A stretch of 64,000 nucleotides of DNA from Acholeplasmataceae bacterium (GTDB lineage: Bacteria; Bacillota_I; Bacilli_A; Acholeplasmatales; Acholeplasmataceae). Made by a program: the position numbers and the translations under genes. The stretch lies in NCBI GenBank assembly GCA_963667565.1, contig OY763415.1:256001-320000 (forward strand). The letters are read 5' to 3'. Numbering within the stretch: the first letter of the stretch is position 1; the number at the start of each line of letters is the position of its first letter. Under the pieces are notes generated by a model. It did not search any database and was not told the origin of the DNA. It saw only the letters and a program-made list of their open reading frames with translations. Positions 12,475 through 22,163 of the stretch are shown piece after piece.

Positions 12475-13248
12475 ATGTTAGTTTTATTAGATATAGGACC
12501 ATTTAGTCTTGATTTTGGTATTTTAATCAGTTTTATACTAGGCACAAGTTTCGGATTACTTTTGTTTTTTTTACTATACATTTATGCAATGATTAGAGGG
12601 CTTAACAAAAATTCTAAGTTTAGAAGTGCTGATGAGACTGACATTGATGAAGAAGAAATCAAATGGCTAATCAAAGATGCTCAAGAACAATTTAAAAATA
12701 AAGACTTAAGAACACAAAATGGTATGTATAATCACTTATCACATATCTTACAAGAACTATCTGTTGATATTTCTAAAAAGTTTTATCCAAATTCAAAATA
12801 TCCATATCTAGAATTAACCATAGATGAATCACTTAAATTAAATCACTATATAACAGATCGATTAGATGAGTTATTAAAAGGTAAGATACTTGCTTTGACA
12901 CGTGGGTTTACCTATTCAAGAATTAGAGAAATGACTGAACTAAAAACAAAAGTTGATCAATCGGTCATTGGAAAAGCTGCTAAACAATATTCAACATTTT
13001 CTAAAGCTGCAATGGCAACGCTTAATGCAGTAAACCCAGTGTATTGGGTAAGAAAATTCACAAAAGATGTCATGTTAAATATTGTTGTCGTAAGAATTGG
13101 ATTAGCACTTATTGCAATTACAGGTGAAGAAACCTATAAGATTTATAGCAAGAAAGTATTTAATATCGAAAAGACCATTGATACAGGTATCGAAGATTTA
13201 TATGAAATGATTAAAGATGATGTCAAAAAGGACGGTGAATCCTCTTGA
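12475..13248 (+). CDS. Hypothetical membrane-anchored protein
   Basis: N-terminal hydrophobic helix; AGGAG RBS and TGATATAAT promoter; overlaps the ftsK start. Confidence 0.75.
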   Translation: MLVLLDIGPFSLDFGILISFILGTSFGLLLFFLLYIYAMIRGLNKNSKFRSADETDIDEEEIKWLIKDAQEQFKNKDLRTQNGMYNHLSHILQELSVDISKKFYPNSKYPYLELTIDESLKLNHYITDRLDELLKGKILALTRGFTYSRIREMTELKTKVDQSVIGKAAKQYSTFSKAAMATLNAVNPVYWVRKFTKDVMLNIVVVRIGLALIAITGEETYKIYSKKVFNIEKTIDTGIEDLYEMIKDDVKKDGESS

Positions 13249-15356
13249 GAAAAAGAAAACAAGTAGAAACATTAGAATTACCAAAACCAGTTTTCTCAAT
13301 TTATCAATTTCCAAAATATGAAGGTATTCGTGGTAAAAAGAAATACGAATCTTCTCATTTTGTTTCGCCTATTTTTGGTACCAAAGTCAAAGATATCGTA
13401 ACAGTACCATTTCAAGTAAAAACATTAGGAGATACGACTAAACGTTTTGATGCGTTTAGAACTAAACCAAAGATGAATGGTAAGGAAGCTGTAGAAAAAT
13501 ACGGGACCAAATATTACGAATTCACTAATATTGTTACACAAAATACGAGAGAAGAGTATTTTGGAAAATCAACATATGAGACCTCACCTCAAATTGGTAA
13601 AAAAGAAGAAGAAAAACCTAAAATCAAGCCAATTAGCAAAAACTATAAAGAGTTTGAAGAACCTAAAGATAAACCAGTACTACCAGCTTTTGAAGCTAAA
13701 CAAAAGTTTGTTGAATTAGAACCTGAAGTATGTGAAGAAGACTTTGAAGATGAAGTCATTGAACCTAAGGTTGAACAAAGTTTTGAACCACAATTTGAAA
13801 CATTTAGAAGACCTGATCAAAATGAAGATGAAGAAAAACCTAAGCTTGTGGTATCATCTGATTTTGGAAGCACACCTAAACCACTTGAGGAAAAACCTAA
13901 AGTCGAACAAAAAAGAACAGTTTTAGAGCCAGAAATGAAAGCATATGTCTATCCAGATATTTCCATATTTTCAAGAAAAGAAAGAGATTTGAATGAACAA
14001 CCACAATGGTTATTAGACCAAATAGATGCGATTAATGCAACACTTCAAGAGTTTGGTATTGAAGGTCAAGTGAATTCAAGTAAAAAAGGACCTACTGTTA
14101 CCAGATATGAAATTGCTTTAGAGCCAGGTGTTAATGTTAAACGTATCTCAAATATTTCTGATAATTTAATGATGAGTTTAGCATCAAAATCTATTCGTAT
14201 TGAAGCGCCAATTCCAGGTAAACCATATGTTGGACTTGAAGTGCCTAACGTTCAAACTGAAATTGTTGCATATGGTAATGTTGTTGCAAATCCTAATTTT
14301 TTAGGAGATAAAGAACACCCACTTAAGGTTGCACTTGGTGTCGATATTGATGGTGAAGATATTTTTGTTGATATTGCATCAATGCCTCATGGTCTTATTG
14401 CAGGTGCTACAAACAGTGGAAAGAGTGTATGTGTCAATACAATCTTAGTCAGTTTATTATTAAAAAATTCTCCAGAAGATTTAAAATTAATCTTAATTGA
14501 CCCTAAGATGGTTGAACTTACACCATATAATGATTTACCACATTTAGTGACACCTGTTATCACGGATGCAAAAATGGCTGCTCAAGCTTTAGGTTGGGCT
14601 GTATCAGAAATGGAAAAACGATATCAAATGTTTGCAAGAAGCAGATCAAGAGATATCAAGTCATATAATCATAATATTAAACGTGGTTTAGTTGATGATA
14701 AGAAAATGCCTTATATCGTTATCATTATTGATGAGTTAGCAGACTTAATGATGGTTTCACCTCATGAGGTTGAAGACTCTATTCAAAGAATCACGCAAAA
14801 AGCAAGAGCAGCTGGTATTCACTTATTGGTTGCCACTCAAAGACCAACGACAGATGTTGTTAAAGGAACGATTAAATCAAATATTCCTGCAAGAATCGCA
14901 TTTAAAGTTGCGTCGTTTGTCGATTCAACAACGATTTTAGATGGTGCAGGAGCAGAAACATTATTAGGTAAAGGTGATATGCTTCTTAAAAAAGACGATA
15001 GAGCCCATCGTTTACAAGGTGCTTATATCAAAGATGATGAAATCTATGATGTTACTGATTTCATCAGAGCCCATCAAAAACCAGATTACATTTTTGAACA
15101 TGAAGCATTAAGACAACAAGTTGAAATGAATGAAGTTGCATCAGATGATTTATTTGAACCAGTTGCATATTTTGTTGTAGAAAATCAAAATGCATCGATT
15201 AATAGTATCCAAAAACAATTTGAAATTGGATTTAATCGTGCACAAAAAATTGTAGAAATGCTTGAGTATTATCAAATTGTTTCACAAAGCCAAGGAACAA
15301 AAGCACGTGAAGTGCTTGTCACCTTATCTGAACTTGATGATATTATAGGACATTAA
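13245..15356 (+). CDS. ftsK: FtsK/SpoIIIE DNA translocase, soluble SftA-like architecture
   Basis: PHGLIAGATNSGKS, IDPKMVEL, IIDELADLMM, LATQRP, gamma domain IGFNRA; no TM segments. Confidence 0.93.
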   Translation: MRKRKQVETLELPKPVFSIYQFPKYEGIRGKKKYESSHFVSPIFGTKVKDIVTVPFQVKTLGDTTKRFDAFRTKPKMNGKEAVEKYGTKYYEFTNIVTQNTREEYFGKSTYETSPQIGKKEEEKPKIKPISKNYKEFEEPKDKPVLPAFEAKQKFVELEPEVCEEDFEDEVIEPKVEQSFEPQFETFRRPDQNEDEEKPKLVVSSDFGSTPKPLEEKPKVEQKRTVLEPEMKAYVYPDISIFSRKERDLNEQPQWLLDQIDAINATLQEFGIEGQVNSSKKGPTVTRYEIALEPGVNVKRISNISDNLMMSLASKSIRIEAPIPGKPYVGLEVPNVQTEIVAYGNVVANPNFLGDKEHPLKVALGVDIDGEDIFVDIASMPHGLIAGATNSGKSVCVNTILVSLLLKNSPEDLKLILIDPKMVELTPYNDLPHLVTPVITDAKMAAQALGWAVSEMEKRYQMFARSRSRDIKSYNHNIKRGLVDDKKMPYIVIIIDELADLMMVSPHEVEDSIQRITQKARAAGIHLLVATQRPTTDVVKGTIKSNIPARIAFKVASFVDSTTILDGAGAETLLGKGDMLLKKDDRAHRLQGAYIKDDEIYDVTDFIRAHQKPDYIFEHEALRQQVEMNEVASDDLFEPVAYFVVENQNASINSIQKQFEIGFNRAQKIVEMLEYYQIVSQSQGTKAREVLVTLSELDDIIGH

Positions 15357-15383
15357 TTTATTTAAAAAAGAAGGATGATTCGC

Positions 15384-16172
15384 ATGAAAAAACACCATTT
15401 GTATCTATACTTAACATTAAGTATTATCATGATGATTGGAGCAATCGTTCTTTTTGTTTTTGATCAAAGCCCGATGTATTATAGTTGGCCGCTTAAGTTA
15501 TTTACACTAGCATCTTTTGTTGCAGTGATTTCATTGGTTATTGGTATCCTATATTTGAATAAAAAAAGTGAACCTAATGAGCATGCACTAAATACAATTG
15601 AATGGTTTAGATTTTTAAGCATGTCACTCATGATTATCCTCATTGTATTTATGTATTTTATTTCTTCAGCAACTGTATTTCAAAATTCTATGAATCCAAC
15701 GCTTGAAAACAGTGATGTTGTTTTAATTTATCATTATACGTATACTCCAAAAAGAGGAGATATTATCATTATTGATGTGCATCAAGAAAATTATCCTAAT
15801 CATAGCGGAGAACCTGAATATTATGTAAAAAGAGTTTATGGATGTCCAGGAGATACTGTGACTTTTCAATATGTAAGTCAAAATGCTTATAAGATTTTAA
15901 TTAATGGAGAAATTGTTACAAATGAGTATGGAGAAGAATACTATGCTGAAGTCAATACTAACATGGTCCAAATGGTAAATCCAAGCTATAGTGAAAAAGA
16001 TGTTATTGAAGAAGCATTAGACGAAAATCATCAAATCAAAGAAGGTAGATATTTAGTCTTTGGTGATAATCAAGATAATTCTGTTGATTCAAGAGATTTA
16101 GGTGGTATTTATAAAGAAGACATTGTAGGAAAAGTGATTTTTAGATTATCACCATTTGGAGGGATATCATGA
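15384..16172 (+). CDS. lepB: Signal peptidase I
   Basis: SMNPTL (Ser), YVKRVYGCPGD (Lys), GDNQDNSVDSR; three N-terminal TM helices; start 15375 or 15384. Confidence 0.92.
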   Translation: MKKHHLYLYLTLSIIMMIGAIVLFVFDQSPMYYSWPLKLFTLASFVAVISLVIGILYLNKKSEPNEHALNTIEWFRFLSMSLMIILIVFMYFISSATVFQNSMNPTLENSDVVLIYHYTYTPKRGDIIIIDVHQENYPNHSGEPEYYVKRVYGCPGDTVTFQYVSQNAYKILINGEIVTNEYGEEYYAEVNTNMVQMVNPSYSEKDVIEEALDENHQIKEGRYLVFGDNQDNSVDSRDLGGIYKEDIVGKVIFRLSPFGGIS

Positions 16173-17026
16173 GTGAACAAAAAGATAAACAAATTCAGTG
16201 GTATCCAGGACATATGTTTAAATCGATTAGAGAGATTAAAGAAAAAGTCTCTTTAATGGATATGGTGATGATTTTATTAGATGCTAGACTTCCACTCTCA
16301 TCAATGAATCCAGAAATCATCAAGGTTGTTAAACATAAACCAGTATTAATCCTATTGAATAAAATGGATTTAGCAGATCCTAAAGTTTTGTCTCAATTTA
16401 TTACATATTTTCAAGATCAAGGATTTTACACATTAGCTATTGATGCTAATGGTAAAAAAAATGTGAATAAAATATATTCAACTTGTATTGATATTTTAAA
16501 TGAAAAACATCAAAGACAAATGAATAAAGGTTTAAAAACAAGAGCAATTAGAACAATGATATTAGGCATTCCTAATGTTGGTAAATCGACATTAATTAAT
16601 GCACTTGCTAATAAAAAAGCAACGAGAACTGGAAATACACCAGGGGTGACTAAAGCACAACAATGGATTAAATTATCAGGCGAGTTTGAACTACTTGATA
16701 CACCAGGTGTTTTATGGCCAAAGTTTGATGATATGAAAGTCGCATATCACTTAGCGATTACAGGGGCAATTAAAGACCATATTTTACCACTTGATGATGT
16801 TTGCCAATATGCACTTAATTTTTTGAAAGAAAATTATCTAAAACAACTTGAATCAAGATATCAAATCACAAAAGAAATGAGTTATGTCGAGATGCTTGAT
16901 CAAATTGGAAAAGTCAGAGGTGCACTTCTTAAAGGTCATGAGATCGATTATGATCGTGTATATCAAATCATTTTAACAGACATTAGAGGACGTCAATTAG
17001 GAGGGCTTTCTTTTGATAGACTATAA
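16169..17026 (+). CDS. rbgA: Ribosome biogenesis GTPase RbgA/YlqF
   Basis: IQWYPGHM, NKMD, GIPNVGKST, LLDTPG. Confidence 0.96.
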   Translation: MSEQKDKQIQWYPGHMFKSIREIKEKVSLMDMVMILLDARLPLSSMNPEIIKVVKHKPVLILLNKMDLADPKVLSQFITYFQDQGFYTLAIDANGKKNVNKIYSTCIDILNEKHQRQMNKGLKTRAIRTMILGIPNVGKSTLINALANKKATRTGNTPGVTKAQQWIKLSGEFELLDTPGVLWPKFDDMKVAYHLAITGAIKDHILPLDDVCQYALNFLKENYLKQLESRYQITKEMSYVEMLDQIGKVRGALLKGHEIDYDRVYQIILTDIRGRQLGGLSFDRL

Positions 17027-17654
17027 TTTATACGAATATGAAGAAAAACTTTATAAATTAGGCGTTAAATACATTGCTGGTATTGATGAAGCAGGTAGAG
17101 GACCACTCGCTGGACCTGTGGTTGCTGCTGCAGTGATTTTAAAACCCGGTGCTAAACTAGATTTAGTTGATGATAGCAAAAAACTAAGCGAAGCACAAAG
17201 AGAAAAAGCACTCATTCAAATTAAAGAACATGCCTTAGCGATTGGCATTGGTATGTGTTCTGTCCAAGAAATTGATCAAATTAATATTTATCGAGCTGCA
17301 AGAGAAGCAATGATTTCTGCAGTTAAGCAATTAAAAATTAAACCGGAGTTTTTATTAATAGATGCTATGCCGATTGAGATGGACATACCATCTGAGTCTA
17401 TTATTAAAGGTGATCAAAAAAGTGTGAGTATAGCAGCTGCATCTATTGTCGCAAAAACAACAAGAGATATGTATATGATGGAAATGGATAAATTATTTCC
17501 AGAATTTGAATTTAGCAAACATAAAGGATATGGAACAAAACTTCATATTGAAAAATTAAATCAATTTGGATATACACCAATCCACAGAAAAACATATGAA
17601 CCTATTAAAACCATGATTAAAGAAGGTAAAAAGCCTTATGAGAAAACTCTTTGA
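17013..17654 (+). CDS. rnhB: Ribonuclease HII
   Basis: GIDEAGRGPLAGPV, DSKKL, KGD..S.SIAAASIVAK, HKGYGT. Confidence 0.97.
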   Translation: MIDYNLYEYEEKLYKLGVKYIAGIDEAGRGPLAGPVVAAAVILKPGAKLDLVDDSKKLSEAQREKALIQIKEHALAIGIGMCSVQEIDQINIYRAAREAMISAVKQLKIKPEFLLIDAMPIEMDIPSESIIKGDQKSVSIAAASIVAKTTRDMYMMEMDKLFPEFEFSKHKGYGTKLHIEKLNQFGYTPIHRKTYEPIKTMIKEGKKPYEKTL

Positions 17655-18147
17655 GCTAGATAAGAAAAATTACACCAATAATGATCAAATAATTAATCGT
17701 ATTGCAGTAAGAGCAATCATCTATGAAAAACCTTTTCTATATATGGTACAGTCTAAAAAATTCCAAGAGTATAAATTTCCTGGAGGAGGACAAAACCCAG
17801 GTGAATCTTTAATTGATACATTAAAAAGAGAAACATTAGAAGAATCAGGCATTAAAATTCAAGATAACATGACTTTATATGGTTATGTTATAGAAAAAAG
17901 AAAGTCATTTCACGAAAAAGATACTGTTTTTCATATGACATCATATTATTATTTATGTCAATTAAAAGAACAAAGTACGTATAGACATTTAGATCCATAT
18001 GAAATTGAATTTGGTTATGACATTCATAAAGTACATATTGATGATGCAATCAAACAAAATGAACAACTCATATTAAAAGATATTTCTCAATACTCATGGG
18101 TCACACGAGAATTACAAGTCTTAAAAATGATCAAGGATGAATTATAA
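17638..18147 (+). CDS. NUDIX hydrolase
   Basis: FPGGG..PGE.....LKRETLEESG Nudix box. Confidence 0.9.
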   Translation: MRKLFELDKKNYTNNDQIINRIAVRAIIYEKPFLYMVQSKKFQEYKFPGGGQNPGESLIDTLKRETLEESGIKIQDNMTLYGYVIEKRKSFHEKDTVFHMTSYYYLCQLKEQSTYRHLDPYEIEFGYDIHKVHIDDAIKQNEQLILKDISQYSWVTRELQVLKMIKDEL

Positions 18148-18258
18148 TTGATTCATCTTTTTTTATGGAAGTATTTATGTGAACTTTCCCATAAAATAAA
18201 ATGAACAAAAAAATATATATTATATAAATATATATAGAAAGAATCAAAACTTTTTTAC

Positions 18259-18286
18259 TTGACTTATCAATGATTGTTACTATAAT
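18259..18286 (+). promoter_or_regulatory. topA promoter
   Basis: TTGACT-16 nt-TATAAT. Confidence 0.65.
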
Positions 18287-18309
18287 AGATATGGAAATGG
18301 AGTGTTTAC

Positions 18310-20094
18310 ATGAAAGAAAAACTAATCATTGTGGAATCACCATCTAAATCAAAAACAATCCAATCTTACCTTGGAGGTAACACAACTGTATTATCATCTA
18401 AAGGACATATTAGAGATTTAGCGATTTCTGGTAAAGACGGATTGGGTATAGATATAGAAAATGATTTTCAACCATCTTATGTACCGATTAAAGGTAAAGC
18501 ACAAGTTATTAAAGAATTAAAAAATGCAGCTAAAGATAAAGATGTATTAATTGCAACCGACCCCGATAGAGAAGGTGAAGCAATCGGCTGGCATTTGGCA
18601 CAAGTCTTAGGATTAGACACCAATGACAAAAATCGTATCATCTTTAGAGAAATCACAAAACAAGCTGTGACTGAAGCATTAGAACATCCAAGAAAAATTG
18701 ATCAAGATTTGGTAAACTCACAAGAAGCTAGAAGAATACTAGATCGTATTATTGGATTTAAATTATCAAAATTATTACAATCAAAGATCAAATCTAAATC
18801 TGCAGGTCGTGTGCAATCAGTTGCACTTAAACTCATTGTTGATTTAGAGAAACAAATCGAAGCATTCATTCCTGAGACATATTATGAATTAGATGCTAAA
18901 TTTTCAAAATTTAAGGCAGACTATATCATTCCAAGTAAAACTAGAATTGGCTTGGAACAAGCAACAAAGGTTAAAGAAGAATCAATCAATCCATTTATAG
19001 TAAAATCAGTGGAAGTTAAAGATTCTATTCGTAATGCGAGAGCACCATTTATCACATCAACACTTCAACAAGATGCAATCAATTATTTATATATGAGTGC
19101 AACCAAAGCGATGAGAGTTGCACAAGAATTATATGAAGGTATTGAAATCCACGGTGAAATGATGGGTTTGATCACATATATGCGTACAGATTCTACAAGA
19201 CTTGCAGAACCATTTGTTAATGATGCTAAGCATTATATAGAAAACACATATGGAAAAGCTTATGTGGGTAAATACAAGGTTACTACAAGTGAGAATGCTC
19301 AAGATGCGCATGAAGCAATTAGACCAACAAGTTTACAAAACACACCAGAGGAAATGGAACCTTATTTATCAAAAGATGAATATAAACTCTATAAGAGAAT
19401 TTATGAGAGAACAGTCGCATCACTTATGGCACCTGCAGTCTATGAAGCGACCAAAGTTGTATTAGAAAGTCATGGACATGCTTATTTGGCTGAAGGACTC
19501 ACATTGACATTTGATGGTCATTATAAAGCATTTAATGATCAAATGCCAAAAGAGAAGAAACTACCTCATTTAGAAGTTGGACATGAGATTAATGCTCACG
19601 AGATCGAACTCTTTGAGAAACAGACAACACCACCAGCAAGATATAGTGAAGCATCACTGATCAAAGAGATGGAATCTTTAGGTATTGGTAGACCATCAAC
19701 GTATGCACAAACCATTCAAACGATTAAAGCTAGAGATTATGTTAAACTTGAATCAAAAAGATTTGTTCCAACTGAACAAGGTAAACTTACATCTGAACAA
19801 TTAGATTTATTCTTTAATAAGATTATCAATGTTGAATATACATCAAGAATGGAAAAAGCATTAGATGAAATATCAGATAATCATACATCAGGTGTTAAGA
19901 TTGTCAGTGACTTTTATCACAGTTTTATCCCTATGGTAAATCATGCGCAAAAAGACATGAAGAAAATTGAACCAAAGATGACCGATGAATTATGTCCAGT
20001 TTGTGGAAAGCCTTTAGTAGTGAGAACTTCCAAGTATGGTGAATTTCATGCATGCAGTGGATTTCCTAAATGTAGATACATTAAAAAGGACTAG
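18310..20094 (+). CDS. topA: DNA topoisomerase I
   Basis: IVESPSK, ATDPDREGEAI, SAGRVQS, LITYMRTDS, GIGRPST, one C-terminal zinc ribbon. Confidence 0.98.
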   Translation: MKEKLIIVESPSKSKTIQSYLGGNTTVLSSKGHIRDLAISGKDGLGIDIENDFQPSYVPIKGKAQVIKELKNAAKDKDVLIATDPDREGEAIGWHLAQVLGLDTNDKNRIIFREITKQAVTEALEHPRKIDQDLVNSQEARRILDRIIGFKLSKLLQSKIKSKSAGRVQSVALKLIVDLEKQIEAFIPETYYELDAKFSKFKADYIIPSKTRIGLEQATKVKEESINPFIVKSVEVKDSIRNARAPFITSTLQQDAINYLYMSATKAMRVAQELYEGIEIHGEMMGLITYMRTDSTRLAEPFVNDAKHYIENTYGKAYVGKYKVTTSENAQDAHEAIRPTSLQNTPEEMEPYLSKDEYKLYKRIYERTVASLMAPAVYEATKVVLESHGHAYLAEGLTLTFDGHYKAFNDQMPKEKKLPHLEVGHEINAHEIELFEKQTTPPARYSEASLIKEMESLGIGRPSTYAQTIQTIKARDYVKLESKRFVPTEQGKLTSEQLDLFFNKIINVEYTSRMEKALDEISDNHTSGVKIVSDFYHSFIPMVNHAQKDMKKIEPKMTDELCPVCGKPLVVRTSKYGEFHACSGFPKCRYIKKD

Positions 20095-20161
20095 ATTGCT
20101 GTAAATTATGTTAAAGATTATATGTCTTTACATTTTGATTTAAAAGTGTTAATATAATTAT

Positions 20162-20268
20162 GCATCCATAAAATTAGGATGTTACTTATCCCCTATTTAG
20201 TGTACGAAAGTACACAAAAAATCCCCTTAATTGACCCCTCGACATTTTGTTGAGGGGTCGCTTTTTTT
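20162..20268 (+). ncRNA. Candidate C-rich small RNA
   Basis: Own promoter (TTTACA-17-TAATAT with TG), two hairpins, two unpaired ATCCCCT motifs, GC-rich terminator. Confidence 0.5.
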
Positions 20269-20324
20269 AACACTTTTTAAGATATATATGTTATAATATC
20301 TTATGGAAAACGGAGGCGTATTTC

Positions 20325-20825
20325 ATGAAGACATTTAAAGGAAAACCTATCACATTATTAGGAGAAGCTAAGAAGATTGGCGATGTAGCTCCTGAGTTTC
20401 ATGTGATTAATAACAAATTAGAAGAAGCAAAATTATCAGATTATAAATCTAGATATATCATTTTAAATGTTGTCCCTTCACTTGACACAACTGTCTGTGA
20501 TAGACAAACAAGAACAGTTAATAAAGAATTAACTGAAAGAGATGATGTGACAGTTTTAACAATTAGCAATGATTTACCATTTGCTCAAGCAAGATGGTGT
20601 GGTAATGCTGATTTGCCAAATGTGATTGCATTAAGTGATCATGTTGACTTAGATTTTGCAAACAAGTATGGAACAAACATTAAAGAATTGAGATTACAGG
20701 CAAGATCAATCTTCGTTTTAGATAAAGATAGAAAGATTATTTATCTAGAATATGTTGAAGAAATGTCAAATCATCTTAATTATGATCAATTGATTGAATT
20801 TGTCAAACAATTACCGAAAGACTAA
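20325..20825 (+). CDS. tpx: Thiol peroxidase Tpx
   Basis: VPSLDTTVC, ISNDLPFAQARWCG. Confidence 0.95.
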   Translation: MKTFKGKPITLLGEAKKIGDVAPEFHVINNKLEEAKLSDYKSRYIILNVVPSLDTTVCDRQTRTVNKELTERDDVTVLTISNDLPFAQARWCGNADLPNVIALSDHVDLDFANKYGTNIKELRLQARSIFVLDKDRKIIYLEYVEEMSNHLNYDQLIEFVKQLPKD

Positions 20826-20879
20826 CTTTCGGTTTTCTTTTTGATTATGTTATAATAAGTATAAGTTTGAGGTGATTAA

Positions 20880-21836
20880 ATGGGGTTATTTCAACGTTTG
20901 TTTTCTAAACAAAAAAAGAACGATAAATACCAATTAGGTTTACATAAAACTAAACAAAACTTTTCAACAATCAAAGCGATTTTAGATCAATCTAAACAAA
21001 TCGATGATGATCTTTTTGATGCATTAGAAGATATCTTTATTCAAGCAGATATAGGTGTTGATACTGTTGTTTACTTTATTGACAAACTAAGAAGTGATGT
21101 AAAAACTAAAGGCATAAGTGATCCTAAGATGTTAACAGAAATGATTGTTGACGGTCTTTTTGAGATTTATCTTCAAGGTGAGCTTGTCCAAACTGAATTA
21201 AAATATGATGACAATGAACTCAATGTTTATTTATTTGTTGGTGTCAATGGTGTAGGTAAAACAACTACCATTGGAAAACTTGCTGATCAACTAAAAAAGC
21301 AAGGTAAAAAAGTTATGTTGGTTGCTGCAGATACATTTAGAGCTGGCGCGATAGATCAACTTAAAGTATGGGGACAAAGAAGTGGATGCTATGTATTTTC
21401 TAAACCTGAAGGGTCTGACCCATCAAGTGTCATTTATGATGCATTAGAACTTGCAAAAAAAGAAGCATATGATGTTGTCTTATGTGATACTGCAGGTCGA
21501 TTACAAACAAAAGTGAATCTCATGAAAGAATTAGAGAAAATGCATCGTGTGATTCAAAAGACATGTCCCAATGCACCACAAGAAACATTATTAGTCATTG
21601 ATGCGACAACCGGACAAAATGGAATGAGACAAGCAGAAGTATTTAAAGAAGCTACTGATGTTACAGGTGTTATATTAACGAAGTTAGATGGTACTGCCAA
21701 AGGTGGTATTGTATTAGCTATTAGACATTTATATGGTGTACCTATTAAATATGTTGGTCTTGGAGAAAAGATTGAAGATTTAGTCTATTTTGATATTGAG
21801 CAATATATTTATGACTTATTTAGTGATTTCTTTTAA
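20880..21836 (+). CDS. ftsY: SRP receptor FtsY
   Basis: GVNGVGKTTTIGKLA, DTFRAGA, DTAGRLQ, TKLDGTAKGG. Confidence 0.97.
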   Translation: MGLFQRLFSKQKKNDKYQLGLHKTKQNFSTIKAILDQSKQIDDDLFDALEDIFIQADIGVDTVVYFIDKLRSDVKTKGISDPKMLTEMIVDGLFEIYLQGELVQTELKYDDNELNVYLFVGVNGVGKTTTIGKLADQLKKQGKKVMLVAADTFRAGAIDQLKVWGQRSGCYVFSKPEGSDPSSVIYDALELAKKEAYDVVLCDTAGRLQTKVNLMKELEKMHRVIQKTCPNAPQETLLVIDATTGQNGMRQAEVFKEATDVTGVILTKLDGTAKGGIVLAIRHLYGVPIKYVGLGEKIEDLVYFDIEQYIYDLFSDFF

Positions 21837-21848
21837 AAAGGAGAAAAC

Positions 21849-22163
21849 ATGGAAACATTTGAAAAAAAAGAATATTTGAATCAACTCTTTGATAAATATC
21901 AATCTTTATTAACAGATAAGCAAATATCATATTTTACTTATTATTTTCATGATGATTATTCACTACAAGAAATCGCAGAAATTTATCAAGTCAGTCGAAA
22001 TGCAGTTTTTGATTTATTAAAAAAAGTTGAAAATCATTTGTTTGAATATGAAGAAAAACTTCATTTGCTTAAACTACAACAAGAAAGACAACAAGTGATC
22101 AATACAATTAAAGAAACAAAAGATTTAAGTTTATTAGATGAGATAGGAAAGTTGGATGAGTAA
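21849..22163 (+). CDS. ylxM: YlxM-family SRP-associated protein
   Basis: LLTDKQ..Y...Y..DDYSLQEIAE...VSRNAV; lies between ftsY and ffh. Confidence 0.92.
   Translation: METFEKKEYLNQLFDKYQSLLTDKQISYFTYYFHDDYSLQEIAEIYQVSRNAVFDLLKKVENHLFEYEEKLHLLKLQQERQQVINTIKETKDLSLLDEIGKLDE

Noticed and set aside
20162..20268. SRP RNA or 6S RNA near ftsY-ffh
   Set aside because: Lacks the SRP helix-8 GGAA/AGCAG signature and the long 6S rod; kept only as an unknown sRNA candidate.
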